From: an uncultured bacterium
Lineage (GTDB): Bacteria > Verrucomicrobiota > Verrucomicrobiia > Limisphaerales > UBA8199
DNA length: 64,000 bases
Reading direction: 5' to 3'
NCBI GenBank assembly: GCA_963749495.1
Contig: CAVVMW010000006.1
Span: 1,189,837-1,253,836, forward strand
Shown here piece by piece: positions 10,167 to 19,618 of this stretch. Below the pieces are notes generated by a model. It worked only from the letters and a program-made list of their open reading frames with translations, ran no database searches and was not told the origin of the DNA. Within the stretch, counting starts at the first letter, position 1, and each line of letters opens with the position of its first letter. The position numbers and the translations under genes are program-made.

Positions 10167-12542
10167 TTAAGGCAGGACCACGTCTTTGAGCCGGGCGGCG
10201 GGGCGGACATCGAGTTTGACGACCTTGCCGGCGCGAAAGACGCACTCGACGGTCGTGCGGCCCGGGGCGTGGAGCTTGAAATGGACATCCCAGTTCCTGG
10301 GCCAGGCCGGGAGCAGGCGCAGTTTTTGGCCGTCGGCCTGGAGGAGCATCAGTTGGGTGGTCTCCAGGAGGTTGCCCCCATGGTTCTGGTCGGGCAGCCA
10401 ATCGAAGTTGGGTCCCCAGGTGGCGGGCCAGCGGTAGGCCGAGTGCGAGTTGGCGCACTTGACCTTGAGGATGCGGGCGGCCTCGTCGGCCAAGCCCAGG
10501 AGCGCCGCGCAGTTGCCATCGTAACCCCAGCCGACATCGAGGTGATTGACCCGGGCGGCGTAAGCGGCGCGGGCCTCGTCCAGCCCCGGCTTGCCCAGGC
10601 CGAAGAGGCGGAACGGCCAAATGGCGTAGAGTTCGGGGTTCTCGCAATTCGAGCGGTGCTTGTCATAGCGCTCGGCCGGGGCGATTTTGCGGACTTTGTG
10701 GCCGTCGGACTCGGTCTCCTCGATGGGCACGGCCGGGCAGGCGGCCTTGATGTGCGCGAAGAACTCGCGTTGAGCGGGGGTGGTCAGGCGCTCAGGCAGA
10801 CGGCCAAGGCGCTTCGAGAGGTCGTTCAATCCCGCCACGGTGGGCGTGTCATTGGTGACTCCGGTCCAGAGGGTCTCGACGGCCTGGGTCGGGTCGAGGA
10901 GGATCTTTTCATCCGGCCCTTTTTTGAAGCGTGTATCGAAGTACTGGAGCACGGAGACCGCCATGGGCAACACGCGTTTTTTCAGGAACTCCTCGTCCTG
11001 GGTGTAGTCCCAGCGGTCGAGCATCAAGGCGACCAGTTCGGGTCCCTGGTTCCAGGCATACTGCCAGTAGGGGCACTGGACGGCTTTGGGCTGATGGCCC
11101 GCGCGGTTCCAACCGTAATCGCCGTTGCCGTAGGTCCCCCAGACGGTCATGGTCTCGGGGAAATAACAGCCATGTGCCCCGTGGTAGAGCGCGGCGCGGG
11201 CCTCGCACAGAGGCCGGGCCGCCTCGTAGAGGCCCAAGAGCGGTTCCATCATCTCGAAGTCGCCGCCGGCCAGCATCGGGTGGTACATGTGCCGGACATT
11301 CTGCCACCAATAACAGTCGCCCCAGGCGCGGAAATCCGCGTTGAAGGGTTTGCCCATCGCCTTGGGTTCGACCGTGAAGATGCCGCCGTTGAATTTGATC
11401 GGGTAGGTTCCACGCCCGCCGCAGGCCTGGACATAACGTTGGAGCGTGTAGCCGCGCGTCACCGGTGAGAGGTTCTGCGCGTTCGAGTCATGCCCAGTGC
11501 GCAGCGGGTGCGCCTCTCCGGGAACCGCCGTGGCGCTGTCCCCATCCACGATGACCCACGAGCGTTCCCAAAAGGCGCGCCACCAGGCTGCGGTGCGCCT
11601 CAGGGCGGCGGGGCCGTCGAAGGTCCGGGCGGCGATCGCACGCGCCTCATCGAGCCAGGCCGCTGCGGCCGGGTACTGCGCGCACGGCGCTGCCACGCGC
11701 AAGGCAAACGAGCGGACCGGCGCCGTGCTCTCTATAGCGTGCCCCTCGATGGCCCTGAATCCAGGCCCGGTCATCCAGCCGCCAAACGTCCGGTGCAAGA
11801 GCGGGTCGCGCGCCTGGGCGGCCGCCGATTCCAGAGACTGGACCTTCAACGTGGACTCGAAGGCGACCGATTGCTCGTTCCGGTGATACCAGGCCACCGC
11901 CTCGGGTGTGGCGGGGGCAAACACGTCGGCCGACTCGACCAGATCGAAGGGCGCGCCGTGGAGGGTCCAGGCGCTACCCTCCTCATCGCCTTTGGCGACC
12001 GTGTGCGGCTCGGTCCGCCAGCACTGCGCAGTGGCCTTGACCGACAACGCCGAGGCCGACTCGCCCAGGCAATGCACCACCGGGTGCGCTGCATCCACGA
12101 ACACGCGCAGGGACACTTTGTCCCGGCCCTGGCCCGCCGTGATCTCGCAGACGCCGTCGCACAAGCGAAGTTCCTGCCGGAACGGCACCCCGGCCGCGAA
12201 AGGATTGGGGGAAAGGGCGACCCGCACGCAGCCCACCTTGAGCAGCCGCGACACCTCGCTCAAGGAATCGCTGCGGCTGATGTAGAACAACAAATCCCCG
12301 TTTTCCTCGACCCACAGATTGATGCCCACCTCGCCGTTGCCCAGCGGCATCGAACCCGCGGCGTCCCGGCTGGGCGTCGTCCAGACCACATCGTAGGGCG
12401 CGGTCCGGTGCGCCGCCGCCAGGCCGGGGGAGTCTGCCGAGCAAGGCAAGGGGCCGAGCAGGAAACAGGCGCTGAGGAAACAGGCGAGGAAGGCAGGCAA
12501 ACGTGAAACGTGAAACGTGAAACGTGAAACGTCGTTGTCCAT
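10167..12542 (-). CDS. DUF5703 / GH95-like glycoside hydrolase
   Basis: 'SMPLGNGEVG.N.W', 'PIKFNG.IF', 'YWWQN.R..Y', 'ENPELYAIWPF', 'LLPAWP..WDV.FKLHAP'. Start codon uncertain. Confidence 0.8.
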   Translation of the reverse strand: MDNDVSRFTFHVSRLPAFLACFLSACFLLGPLPCSADSPGLAAAHRTAPYDVVWTTPSRDAAGSMPLGNGEVGINLWVEENGDLLFYISRSDSLSEVSRLLKVGCVRVALSPNPFAAGVPFRQELRLCDGVCEITAGQGRDKVSLRVFVDAAHPVVHCLGESASALSVKATAQCWRTEPHTVAKGDEEGSAWTLHGAPFDLVESADVFAPATPEAVAWYHRNEQSVAFESTLKVQSLESAAAQARDPLLHRTFGGWMTGPGFRAIEGHAIESTAPVRSFALRVAAPCAQYPAAAAWLDEARAIAARTFDGPAALRRTAAWWRAFWERSWVIVDGDSATAVPGEAHPLRTGHDSNAQNLSPVTRGYTLQRYVQACGGRGTYPIKFNGGIFTVEPKAMGKPFNADFRAWGDCYWWQNVRHMYHPMLAGGDFEMMEPLLGLYEAARPLCEARAALYHGAHGCYFPETMTVWGTYGNGDYGWNRAGHQPKAVQCPYWQYAWNQGPELVALMLDRWDYTQDEEFLKKRVLPMAVSVLQYFDTRFKKGPDEKILLDPTQAVETLWTGVTNDTPTVAGLNDLSKRLGRLPERLTTPAQREFFAHIKAACPAVPIEETESDGHKVRKIAPAERYDKHRSNCENPELYAIWPFRLFGLGKPGLDEARAAYAARVNHLDVGWGYDGNCAALLGLADEAARILKVKCANSHSAYRWPATWGPNFDWLPDQNHGGNLLETTQLMLLQADGQKLRLLPAWPRNWDVHFKLHAPGRTTVECVFRAGKVVKLDVRPAARLKDVVLP
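12499..12532. repeat. 7-bp tandem repeat (AAACGTG)n
   Basis: About 4.8 copies. Same family (reverse strand) at 19493-19518 and 28211-28245. Confidence 0.9.
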
Positions 12543-12618
12543 GGGCACAATGAGTTGTCGCCGCCACCATGGGCGGCAGGACCATTCTGCGCCAGGCGCC
12601 CGGGACTGCAAGGGACAA

Positions 12619-12772
12619 GAATGACGAATGACGAATGACGAATGACGAACCGCTCATTCGTCATTCGTCGTTGGTCATTGCCGGCACCCCATTCTCAACC
12701 CAACATCCCCACCGGCGCACTCCGCATTCCGCACTCCGCATCCCGCATTTGGTCCATTCGTCATTCGTCATT
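12619..12772. repeat. 7-bp repeat cluster: (GAATGAC)4, inverted TCATTCG copies and CCGCA(C/T)T copies
   Basis: Read directly from the sequence between divergent genes. Confidence 0.9.
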
Positions 12773-12819
12773 TCCACCGCTTGCCTTCGCGGGCCCAAAG
12801 CCTGTATCGTCGCCTGCGT

Positions 12820-14202
12820 ATGCGCTTTGGATTGATCATCGGGTGTTGGTTCGTTGGCTTGGTTTTGGGTGCGGCTGCCGAGCCGGAGGAGCCCTGGCTC
12901 AAGGAACGGCTCCAGTGGTTTCAGGACCTCAAGTTCGGGTTCATGATGCACTGGGGCGCTTACAGCCAGTGGGGGTGTATCGAGTCGTGGCCGCTGGTCG
13001 AGGAGGACAAGTGGGCGCGGCCCGATGACCTGCGGGCCTGGACCGAGCGGGACAAGGACATCAAACGCTTCCAGAGCGATTACTGGGCGCTGCCCAGGAC
13101 GTTCAATCCTGCGCAGTTCGACCCGGGCATTTGGGCGCGGCTGGCACGGGAGAGCGGCATGAAATATGTCGTCTTCACCACCAAGCACCATGACGGGTTC
13201 TGCATGTTCGACACGCGCCTGACCGATTACCGGGTGACCGCGCCCGACGTGCCGTTTCACACCAACGCCCGCTCGAACGTCGTGCGCGAGGTCTTCAGCG
13301 CCTTTCGCGGCGAGGGCCTGGCCATCGGCGCCTACTTCTCGAAGGCCGATTGGCACAGCCCGGACTATTGGGACCCGGCCGCCCCGGCGCGCACCCGCAA
13401 TCCCAACTACGACACCCGCGCTCACCCGGAGAAATGGCAGCGGTTCGTCGAGTTTGCCCATGGCCAAATCGAGGAACTGATGACCGGTTACGGGCCGATT
13501 GATATCTTGTGGCTCGACGCCGGCCAGGTGCGCCCGCCGGCCCAGGACCTGCAGATGGCTCGCCTGGCCGCCATGGCACGCCTTCATCAGCCGCGTCTTA
13601 TTATCGTGGACCGCACTGTCGGCGGCCGCTACGAGAATTACCGCACCCCCGAGCAGGAGGTGCCGGACAAACCGCTGCCCTACGTCTGGGAGAGCTGCCT
13701 GACCCTGGGCACCTCCTGGTCGTTCAAACCGAACGACCAATACAAATCCACCCACCGGCTCATCCACCTGCTGGTGGACATCGTGGGCAAGGGCGGCAAT
13801 CTCCTCCTCAACGTCGGCCCGCAGCCGGACGGCCAACTGCCGCCCGAGGCCGTGGTCCGAATGCAGGAGATGGGCGCCTGGCTCAGGCTCAACGGTGAGG
13901 CGATCTATGGCACGCGGCCCATCAAACCTTACAAAGAGGCCGGCATCGTCTTCACTCGCAAGGGCAACACGGTGTGTGCCATCGACCTGGCCCAGAACGA
14001 AACCGACGGCCTGCCCGCGCGCATCCAATTCTCCTCATTGAGACCCGTCCCCGGCTCGAAGGTGCGCCTGCTCGGCCTGAACGAACCCTTGGCCTGGCGA
14101 ACGGATGCCTCCGGGCTAACCACCATCGACGTCCCCGCCTCCGCCCAAAACGCGCCCCCCTGCCGCCATGCTTTCGTAGTCAAGTTTGATGTGGCGGACT
14201 GA
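12820..14202 (+). CDS. Alpha-L-fucosidase (GH29)
   Basis: 'WFQDLKFG.MMHWG', 'KYVVFTTKHHDGF', 'ILWLDAG', 'GGNLLLNVGP', 'NGEAIYGTRP'; signal peptide. Confidence 0.95.
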   Translation: MRFGLIIGCWFVGLVLGAAAEPEEPWLKERLQWFQDLKFGFMMHWGAYSQWGCIESWPLVEEDKWARPDDLRAWTERDKDIKRFQSDYWALPRTFNPAQFDPGIWARLARESGMKYVVFTTKHHDGFCMFDTRLTDYRVTAPDVPFHTNARSNVVREVFSAFRGEGLAIGAYFSKADWHSPDYWDPAAPARTRNPNYDTRAHPEKWQRFVEFAHGQIEELMTGYGPIDILWLDAGQVRPPAQDLQMARLAAMARLHQPRLIIVDRTVGGRYENYRTPEQEVPDKPLPYVWESCLTLGTSWSFKPNDQYKSTHRLIHLLVDIVGKGGNLLLNVGPQPDGQLPPEAVVRMQEMGAWLRLNGEAIYGTRPIKPYKEAGIVFTRKGNTVCAIDLAQNETDGLPARIQFSSLRPVPGSKVRLLGLNEPLAWRTDASGLTTIDVPASAQNAPPCRHAFVVKFDVAD

Positions 14203-14289
14203 ATCACGAATGACGAATGACGAATGACGAATGACGAATGGGAAAAACGGCGGAGCCATGTGCCGTTTCGTCATTCGTCATGCGTCATT
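14201..14289. terminator. Inverted pair of GAATGAC / GTCATTC arrays between convergent genes (possible bidirectional terminator hairpin)
   Basis: Array 14201-14240 and its reverse complement 14267-14289. Terminator role is inferred from position. Confidence 0.5.
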
Positions 14290-14304
14290 GGTCGTTTCCA
14301 ATCG

Positions 14305-15525
14305 TCACGCCGCAGCCACCGTCTCGATGAGGGCGGCCACGCGGGCGCTGATGCGGGCGGAGTCGGAAGGGGAATAGTCCGTGGAGAGCTTGAGGTAGGG
14401 CAGGTGCAGTTGCTCTTCAGCGAATCGGCGCACGCGCCAGGATTCCACGTCATAGGTCAGGCAGGCCTGCCAGACCAGCTCGATGATACAGTGAGGGCGG
14501 AACCTGGCGGCCAGGGAGCGCAGCGTCTCCAGGCGGCGGTCGTTGGGCGTCATGACGGAGCAGGGCAGGTGGTAATACTTGTTGGCGATGGCCCGGATCG
14601 GGTCCGGCTCCTGGCTGTCCACGTCTTCCAGGATCGGCTTGAGCCCGGTGCAGTTCTCCTGGCAAACGACCACGGCCCCGCAGCTTTCGATCAACTCGAT
14701 CACCCGCTCCGCCCCGTGTACCAGGGGGACGCCCGTCACTAACACGCGGACTCGGCCAGGCGCCGGCTTTGCAGCCTTGAACCAGGCCAGGGCGGCGGCG
14801 TATTGCTCGAAATCGGCCTCGATGCCGGAGATGATGCTCTTGAAATCGAGCAATTGGCGTCCGGTCAAGGGCGGCGGGTCGGCCGCCATCAGCTCGGCCA
14901 GGTCGCGGCGGCAGCGGCGCTCGCGGTTCATCAGTTGGATGGCGGCGCGCAGCCTGGCATCCGTGATGTCGGCTTTGAACCGCTCCTCCAGATGGGCCTT
15001 GAGTTTGCGCACCTTGGCGACCCAGTGCTCGAGGGCGTCGGCGTCATCGGCCTTTTGCGGCAACTCCAGCACATACATCGGTTTGTCGGCGGCGAGCAGC
15101 TCGAACATCTTTTTCTTGCCGTCGCAGGTCGTCTCGGCCACGAGGAGGTCCGCCCAGTTCAGGAAGGGGTTCGAGCCTTTGAGGTGGTAGCCGAAGGTGG
15201 ATTTGATGAGGGGGCAGAGATTGGCGGGCAGATACTGCTCGGCGGCGGGAATAGTGGCCGCCGAGCCGCCGCACAGGCACACCGGCACCGCCCCGGCGGC
15301 CAGGATTACCTCGCGCGGGGTGAACTCGCACATGATGCCGACGATGGGCAGGCCCTGGCCTCGGGCGGCTTCGGCAAAATCGCAGCAGTGGTCGATCATG
15401 TTGCCGAAGTACTCGAGGGGCCCGCAGCCCGGGGCGGCGGCCGACGGCGGCGGCGGCGCTATCGGCGCGGCCGGCTGACACGACACCGGGGCCTGGGCCC
15501 TGGACGCAGAGCAAGGGGCTCGCAT
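14305..15525 (-). CDS. 2-hydroxyacyl-CoA dehydratase-family / double-cubane-cluster reductase-like protein
   Basis: 'VGIMCEFTP.E', 'LPANLCPLIKS', 'ETTCDGKKK', 'QENCTG', 'CS.MTPN', 'QACLTY.VE', 'TDYS..D'. Confidence 0.85.
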   Translation of the reverse strand: MRAPCSASRAQAPVSCQPAAPIAPPPPSAAAPGCGPLEYFGNMIDHCCDFAEAARGQGLPIVGIMCEFTPREVILAAGAVPVCLCGGSAATIPAAEQYLPANLCPLIKSTFGYHLKGSNPFLNWADLLVAETTCDGKKKMFELLAADKPMYVLELPQKADDADALEHWVAKVRKLKAHLEERFKADITDARLRAAIQLMNRERRCRRDLAELMAADPPPLTGRQLLDFKSIISGIEADFEQYAAALAWFKAAKPAPGRVRVLVTGVPLVHGAERVIELIESCGAVVVCQENCTGLKPILEDVDSQEPDPIRAIANKYYHLPCSVMTPNDRRLETLRSLAARFRPHCIIELVWQACLTYDVESWRVRRFAEEQLHLPYLKLSTDYSPSDSARISARVAALIETVAAA

Positions 15526-15711
15526 GAGACACCTTGGAGCGGCCGGAGCGGGATTGTCAAGACGGAGGAAACTCCGTGCTGCGATTCAGACAGTGGGGGA
15601 AGGAATATGGTGCATATGGGCGGGGGGAGTTTTTGGCGACACCTTGGCCGACCGCCGCGGCTTGGATTCAAGATTCGGCGGAGTGGGCCACTGGCGACAG
15701 GATGGAGGGTT

Positions 15712-17368
15712 TTAGGCGGGTCTGGGGTTGGGTGGTAAAGTCAGGAGGTTTTGTTCCAAGGCCTGGATTTTCTTGAGCGCTTTGTCGCGGGCCGGCCCTT
15801 CCAACTGGAGCACTTCGCGGGTGAACGTCACCAGCGGCATCTGGGTGTAGGCGTAGCCCAGATAAATCACGACCCACTGCTGGTGCAGATTGAGTTGCTG
15901 GACCAGGGATTCGGGCGTGAGATTGGCCAGGGTTTCTTCGACAAACTTCCACAATTGCCACTGCCGTAGCGTATAGGTCAGGAGGATCATCACCACCTGG
16001 GCGGTGATCGCGTTGAAGCTGCGGGAACGGAAGTCGGTCAAATCGTAGAAGCATTTGAGTTGCCGATGCCGCTCTTCAATGGCGGGGCGTTTGCCATAGA
16101 GCTCGATCATCTGGAGCGGTTGGGCGGCCGGGTTGGTCGTCATGAGCGCCCAGTCATCGTGATGGCCGTCGGCGTAGTGGTCGCGGAGCAACACCACCTG
16201 AATGGGCACGGTGGCGGCGGTCCAACTGGTGAAGTCTTTGAGGGCGCAGAACTCGGTGTGCGTCCGCAGGTCTGCCGGCGAGGGCGGTGGCTGCTCCGCC
16301 CGCAACAGGGCCAACTTTTTCTGTCGTTTGGCTTCCCGGCGCCGGATGAGTTCGGGCCGTTGCGGCGGGACTTGGGGGACTGAGGGCGTGGGTTCTGGAC
16401 GGCGTTGCCAGACTCCTTGAGGGGCCAGGGCCCAGGCATCGGTCCAAATATCCATGTTCTTCTTCATCGGGATAAGCACGTCGATGCCCCACTCCCGCTT
16501 GCAGCGGCTGATGCGCTCTCCGTCAATAAACCCGCGATCCAGGACCAGCCACTTGATAACGCCCTGGCCCACGCTGGCCACAAACCGGGCCACCAATTCA
16601 TCATAGAAGGGGCCGACCTCGTGGGCGTTGCCAGCCACCAGCAGCGCCCCCCCGTAGAACGTAACACCCCCCGCGCAAATGCAGCAAACTGATCCATTTG
16701 TAGCACCGCTCCCGGTGCGCCCGCTTGCGCTGCTCGGGCGTGAGCGATTCATAGTCCACCGGGTGATTGTGCTCGTCGAACCACATCAGCACGCTGCCTT
16801 CATAGGCGGGGTTGTCCGGCACAAACAGATAGGAGGCGTCGCCGATGAAAATGCCGGCCGGGTCGAAAAAGCCGTATTGCTGGAAGACCTTTTGGACAGT
16901 GGTGTTAAGCCACTCCAGCCATTGCGCGGCGGGCACGTCCTTGAGGGCCTTGCGCAGGGTGTCCTGGTCGCAGGGGGTGGTGCGGTCGTAGCTGTTCTTG
17001 TCGTTGAAGCCCTGGCAGGCCAAGACCCAGCGTTGGGTTTGGGGGTCCAGGTGCTTGGTCGCCAGGTCGGGCGGCAACGCGGCCAACAAGCCCCCACAGC
17101 GCACCACCTGTTCGAAAGCCAGGAAGGAGTTTTGCTGATGGAGTTTCAAGCTGAGGTTGGCCGCCAAGATGAACCACCGGGGCACCTCCTCCTTCTTGCG
17201 GACGGTGGGCAGGTCCTGGGCCAGATGGAGCAAGAGCCGTTCTTTGAAGCAGCGCTCGAAGAAATCCCGTTCGTCGGCCTGGCCGAGGATTTCCAGGGCG
17301 TCGAACTCACCTTGGCGAAAGGCGTCCAGGACTCGTTGGGGATGATATTCGATGAAAGCCAGGTCCAT
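15712..17368 (-). CDS. DDE transposase, IS4-like (frameshift near 16660)
   Basis: 'FIGDASYL', 'LVLDRGF' and the YREK-like 'YGKRPAIEERHRQLK'. Confidence 0.85.
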
Positions 17369-17766
17369 CAGGGGGATCGCGCTTTGGTTTTGGGTTTGGG
17401 CCAGACCACGCTCAGGCTCTGGGCCAGTTGGTCGGCCAAGGCCAGGAGGGCCGCGGTTTGCTTGCCGAACCGGGCGCGGGCGCGCTGGTAGCGGCGCCAG
17501 GCCCCGGCCCATTGGCGGACTTGGGCGCGCTGGCCGGGTGGGACGCTGTAGAGTTTGTGGCGGCCGGCCTCGCTGCGGGTGAGGACCCAGGCGGGGTGGA
17601 GCCGGCCATGGGCGCAACGGCAGGAGGCTTTGCCGCATTTGCGGCGCATGAGGTAGAAGGAGCCCGGGGTCATGGGCTGGTCCGGGGTCATGGCCCGGAG
17701 GGTGCGGCCCAAGGCCCGGCAGGCACACCAGAGGCGCTGGCGAAGCCTGGAGGTTTTCGCCTTCAT
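17368..17766 (-). CDS. DUF6788-like small Cys/His protein inside the IS
   Basis: 'GSFYLMRRKCGKASCRCAHGRLHP'. Its stop overlaps the transposase start (TGATG). Confidence 0.75.
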   Translation of the reverse strand: MKAKTSRLRQRLWCACRALGRTLRAMTPDQPMTPGSFYLMRRKCGKASCRCAHGRLHPAWVLTRSEAGRHKLYSVPPGQRAQVRQWAGAWRRYQRARARFGKQTAALLALADQLAQSLSVVWPKPKTKARSP

Positions 17767-18298
17767 CTGTGTTTATATATATATTACTAGACACAGATTG
17801 CAAGCGCAAAATTCAAAAAAAGTGAAAAAAGATGCGGGAGGTCCGGCGGGCCCATGGGGGAGGCAAACCGTGCCGGGCGGTGACACGGGGGATGAGGGGG
17901 AGCGGGAGCTGCTGGGGCCCGGGCAGAGGGCCGGACTAATCTGTATTCTATAGTATTATAGTAAACACAGAAAGGTATGCCTGCGAGCGCCTCCGAGTGA
18001 AAAATCTGCTGGTGGGGGTAGCGGCCCTGCCAAACAAATGGTTTTTAGGCGGTTTTAGAAAGCCCTCCCCCAGTGTCTGAATCGCAGAAACTCCGTGACT
18101 TCGGCGAAGAGAATCGCTTGAACTGATGTTTATGTCCAATGTCCAATATTTGGACATGGGGAATGGACCCCATAGGATTTTGTTCGCGACTCGATGATTT
18201 TGGTTGTGGCAATAAAAATGCTGGTGTTTGGCCAAAGAATTCGATTGCCAAGATTTTGGACACGTGCTAGAATCGAGCCTTAACTGTTGGCTGAGCTT

Positions 18299-18520
18299 AT
18301 GAATCGCATCAAAACCAGAACTGATTTCCTTTGTGCGCGCTCGTCCTTTTTGACCGGCATTGGCAGCGTTTTGAATATTCGAGGCGACTTCTTTGATTAT
18401 AACCGATCCGAAGATGCAGATGCAATTGCCATCTCGGAGGATTGGCGTGCCGTTGGACGGGATATTCAGGACGCTCTTGATAAAGCTCGCGTTGAGTTTG
18501 GCCCAGTTCCTCAAGAATGA
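18299..18520 (+). CDS. Small hypothetical protein coupled to the DUF2335 gene
   Basis: 'SFLTGIGSVLNI.G...AI.EDWRAVG.DI'; ATGA overlap with the next gene; lower GC. Confidence 0.7.
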   Translation: MNRIKTRTDFLCARSSFLTGIGSVLNIRGDFFDYNRSEDADAIAISEDWRAVGRDIQDALDKARVEFGPVPQE

Positions 18521-19098
18521 GCAATGGCTCCGAGTCCAGCGGTCCGCCCGCCATCCCTGAACCATCAAAGACCGAGCGGAAGGGGCTTGACGAGGCCCCC
18601 GAGGTTTTGGAGCCAGTTCCTGAGAAAAAGGGGCCGCAGCGCCAAATGAGCGTAATCCACGAGGAAGTATCTATTCGAGCCGGTCCATTGCCAGCTCCAA
18701 AGGAACTTGCGGCTTATGATGCGATTATTCCAGACGGCGCAAATCGCATCATGAAGATGGCCGAAGATCAAAGCGCCCACCGAATAAGGATCGAGGGCCT
18801 CGTGATCAAGAGCCAACAAAGGCAGTCGCAATGCGGGCAGTGGTTTGGCTTGATAATTGGACTTTGTGGGTTGGGTTTATCAACATATGCTGCAATCAGG
18901 GGCCAGCCCACGTTTGGGGCAATAATTGGTGGGACGACGCTTGTAGGCCTGGTTACAGCGTTTCTCACGTCGCAAGATAAACAGAAGGCCGACTTACAAA
19001 CAAAGCGCGAGCAAATGAACGGTGCCGAGCGTGAACCGAGTCAAGGAGACCAGCAGCAACAAATAGAAAACCGCAAGCCCCCGCCCCCTAATGTGTAA
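18517..19098 (+). CDS. DUF2335 membrane protein
   Basis: 'GPLPAP.EL..YD.IIPDGANRIMKMAE.QSAHR' followed by two hydrophobic segments. Confidence 0.85.
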   Translation: MSNGSESSGPPAIPEPSKTERKGLDEAPEVLEPVPEKKGPQRQMSVIHEEVSIRAGPLPAPKELAAYDAIIPDGANRIMKMAEDQSAHRIRIEGLVIKSQQRQSQCGQWFGLIIGLCGLGLSTYAAIRGQPTFGAIIGGTTLVGLVTAFLTSQDKQKADLQTKREQMNGAEREPSQGDQQQQIENRKPPPPNV

Positions 19099-19209
19099 TC
19101 CGAACCACCATACCGCAGTCCAACCGAGCACCATCCCCAGATGCCCGCACGCATCGTCCAAATTAGGACACTACCGAAACTCCGATCCCACACCTTTGCC
19201 GGGCCAAAC

Positions 19210-19415
19210 CCGGGCTGAAAGCCCGAATGTGACAGCCTGGGCTGGAGCGAGCTTGCGAGCGGAGGCCCAGGTCACCGGGCCACAACGGCCGCGCGCCGTC
19301 TAAGGGCGCCATAAGGTCCCGGCCTTACAGCCCGGGGCTTTTCGAGGGGCACTCGCTTACCCGGGCCTCCGCTCCGCTCCAGCCCGGGCTATCACATGGC
19401 GGGCCTTCGGCCCTG
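19210..19415. repeat. REP-like palindrome family B
   Basis: GGGCTGAAAGCCC..AGCCTGGGCTGGAGCGAGC..GGAGGCCCAGG ... GGGCCTTCGGCCC. Reverse-oriented copies at 41508-41745 and 43678-43916. Confidence 0.85.
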
Positions 19416-19618
19416 GGGCGCCGCGTCGGGACGCGCCCTGAGCTCTGTCCCTCGACCCGTGTCCCTCCTTACCCCCGCGCGGACCTTCTTAATCACGTTT
19501 CACGTTTCACGTTTCACGCACCCCCGCGCGCCCCCCGCGGAACTTTTTCCCCCAAAGATTGTCCAACCAGAATAGACTGGCCAAACGGGCGGGGTTATCG
19601 CACGTTCTGGCCCAGGCC

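Larger units (their letters stand above)
15579..18087 (-). mobile_element. Complete IS4-like insertion sequence (2509 bp, two ORFs)
   Basis: Terminal IRs CTGCGATTCAGACA(G/C)TGGGGGA(A/G)GG at 15579-15603 and 18063-18087 (23/25 match), flanked by direct repeat AAACTCCGTG at 15569-15578 and 18088-18097. Confidence 0.92.
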
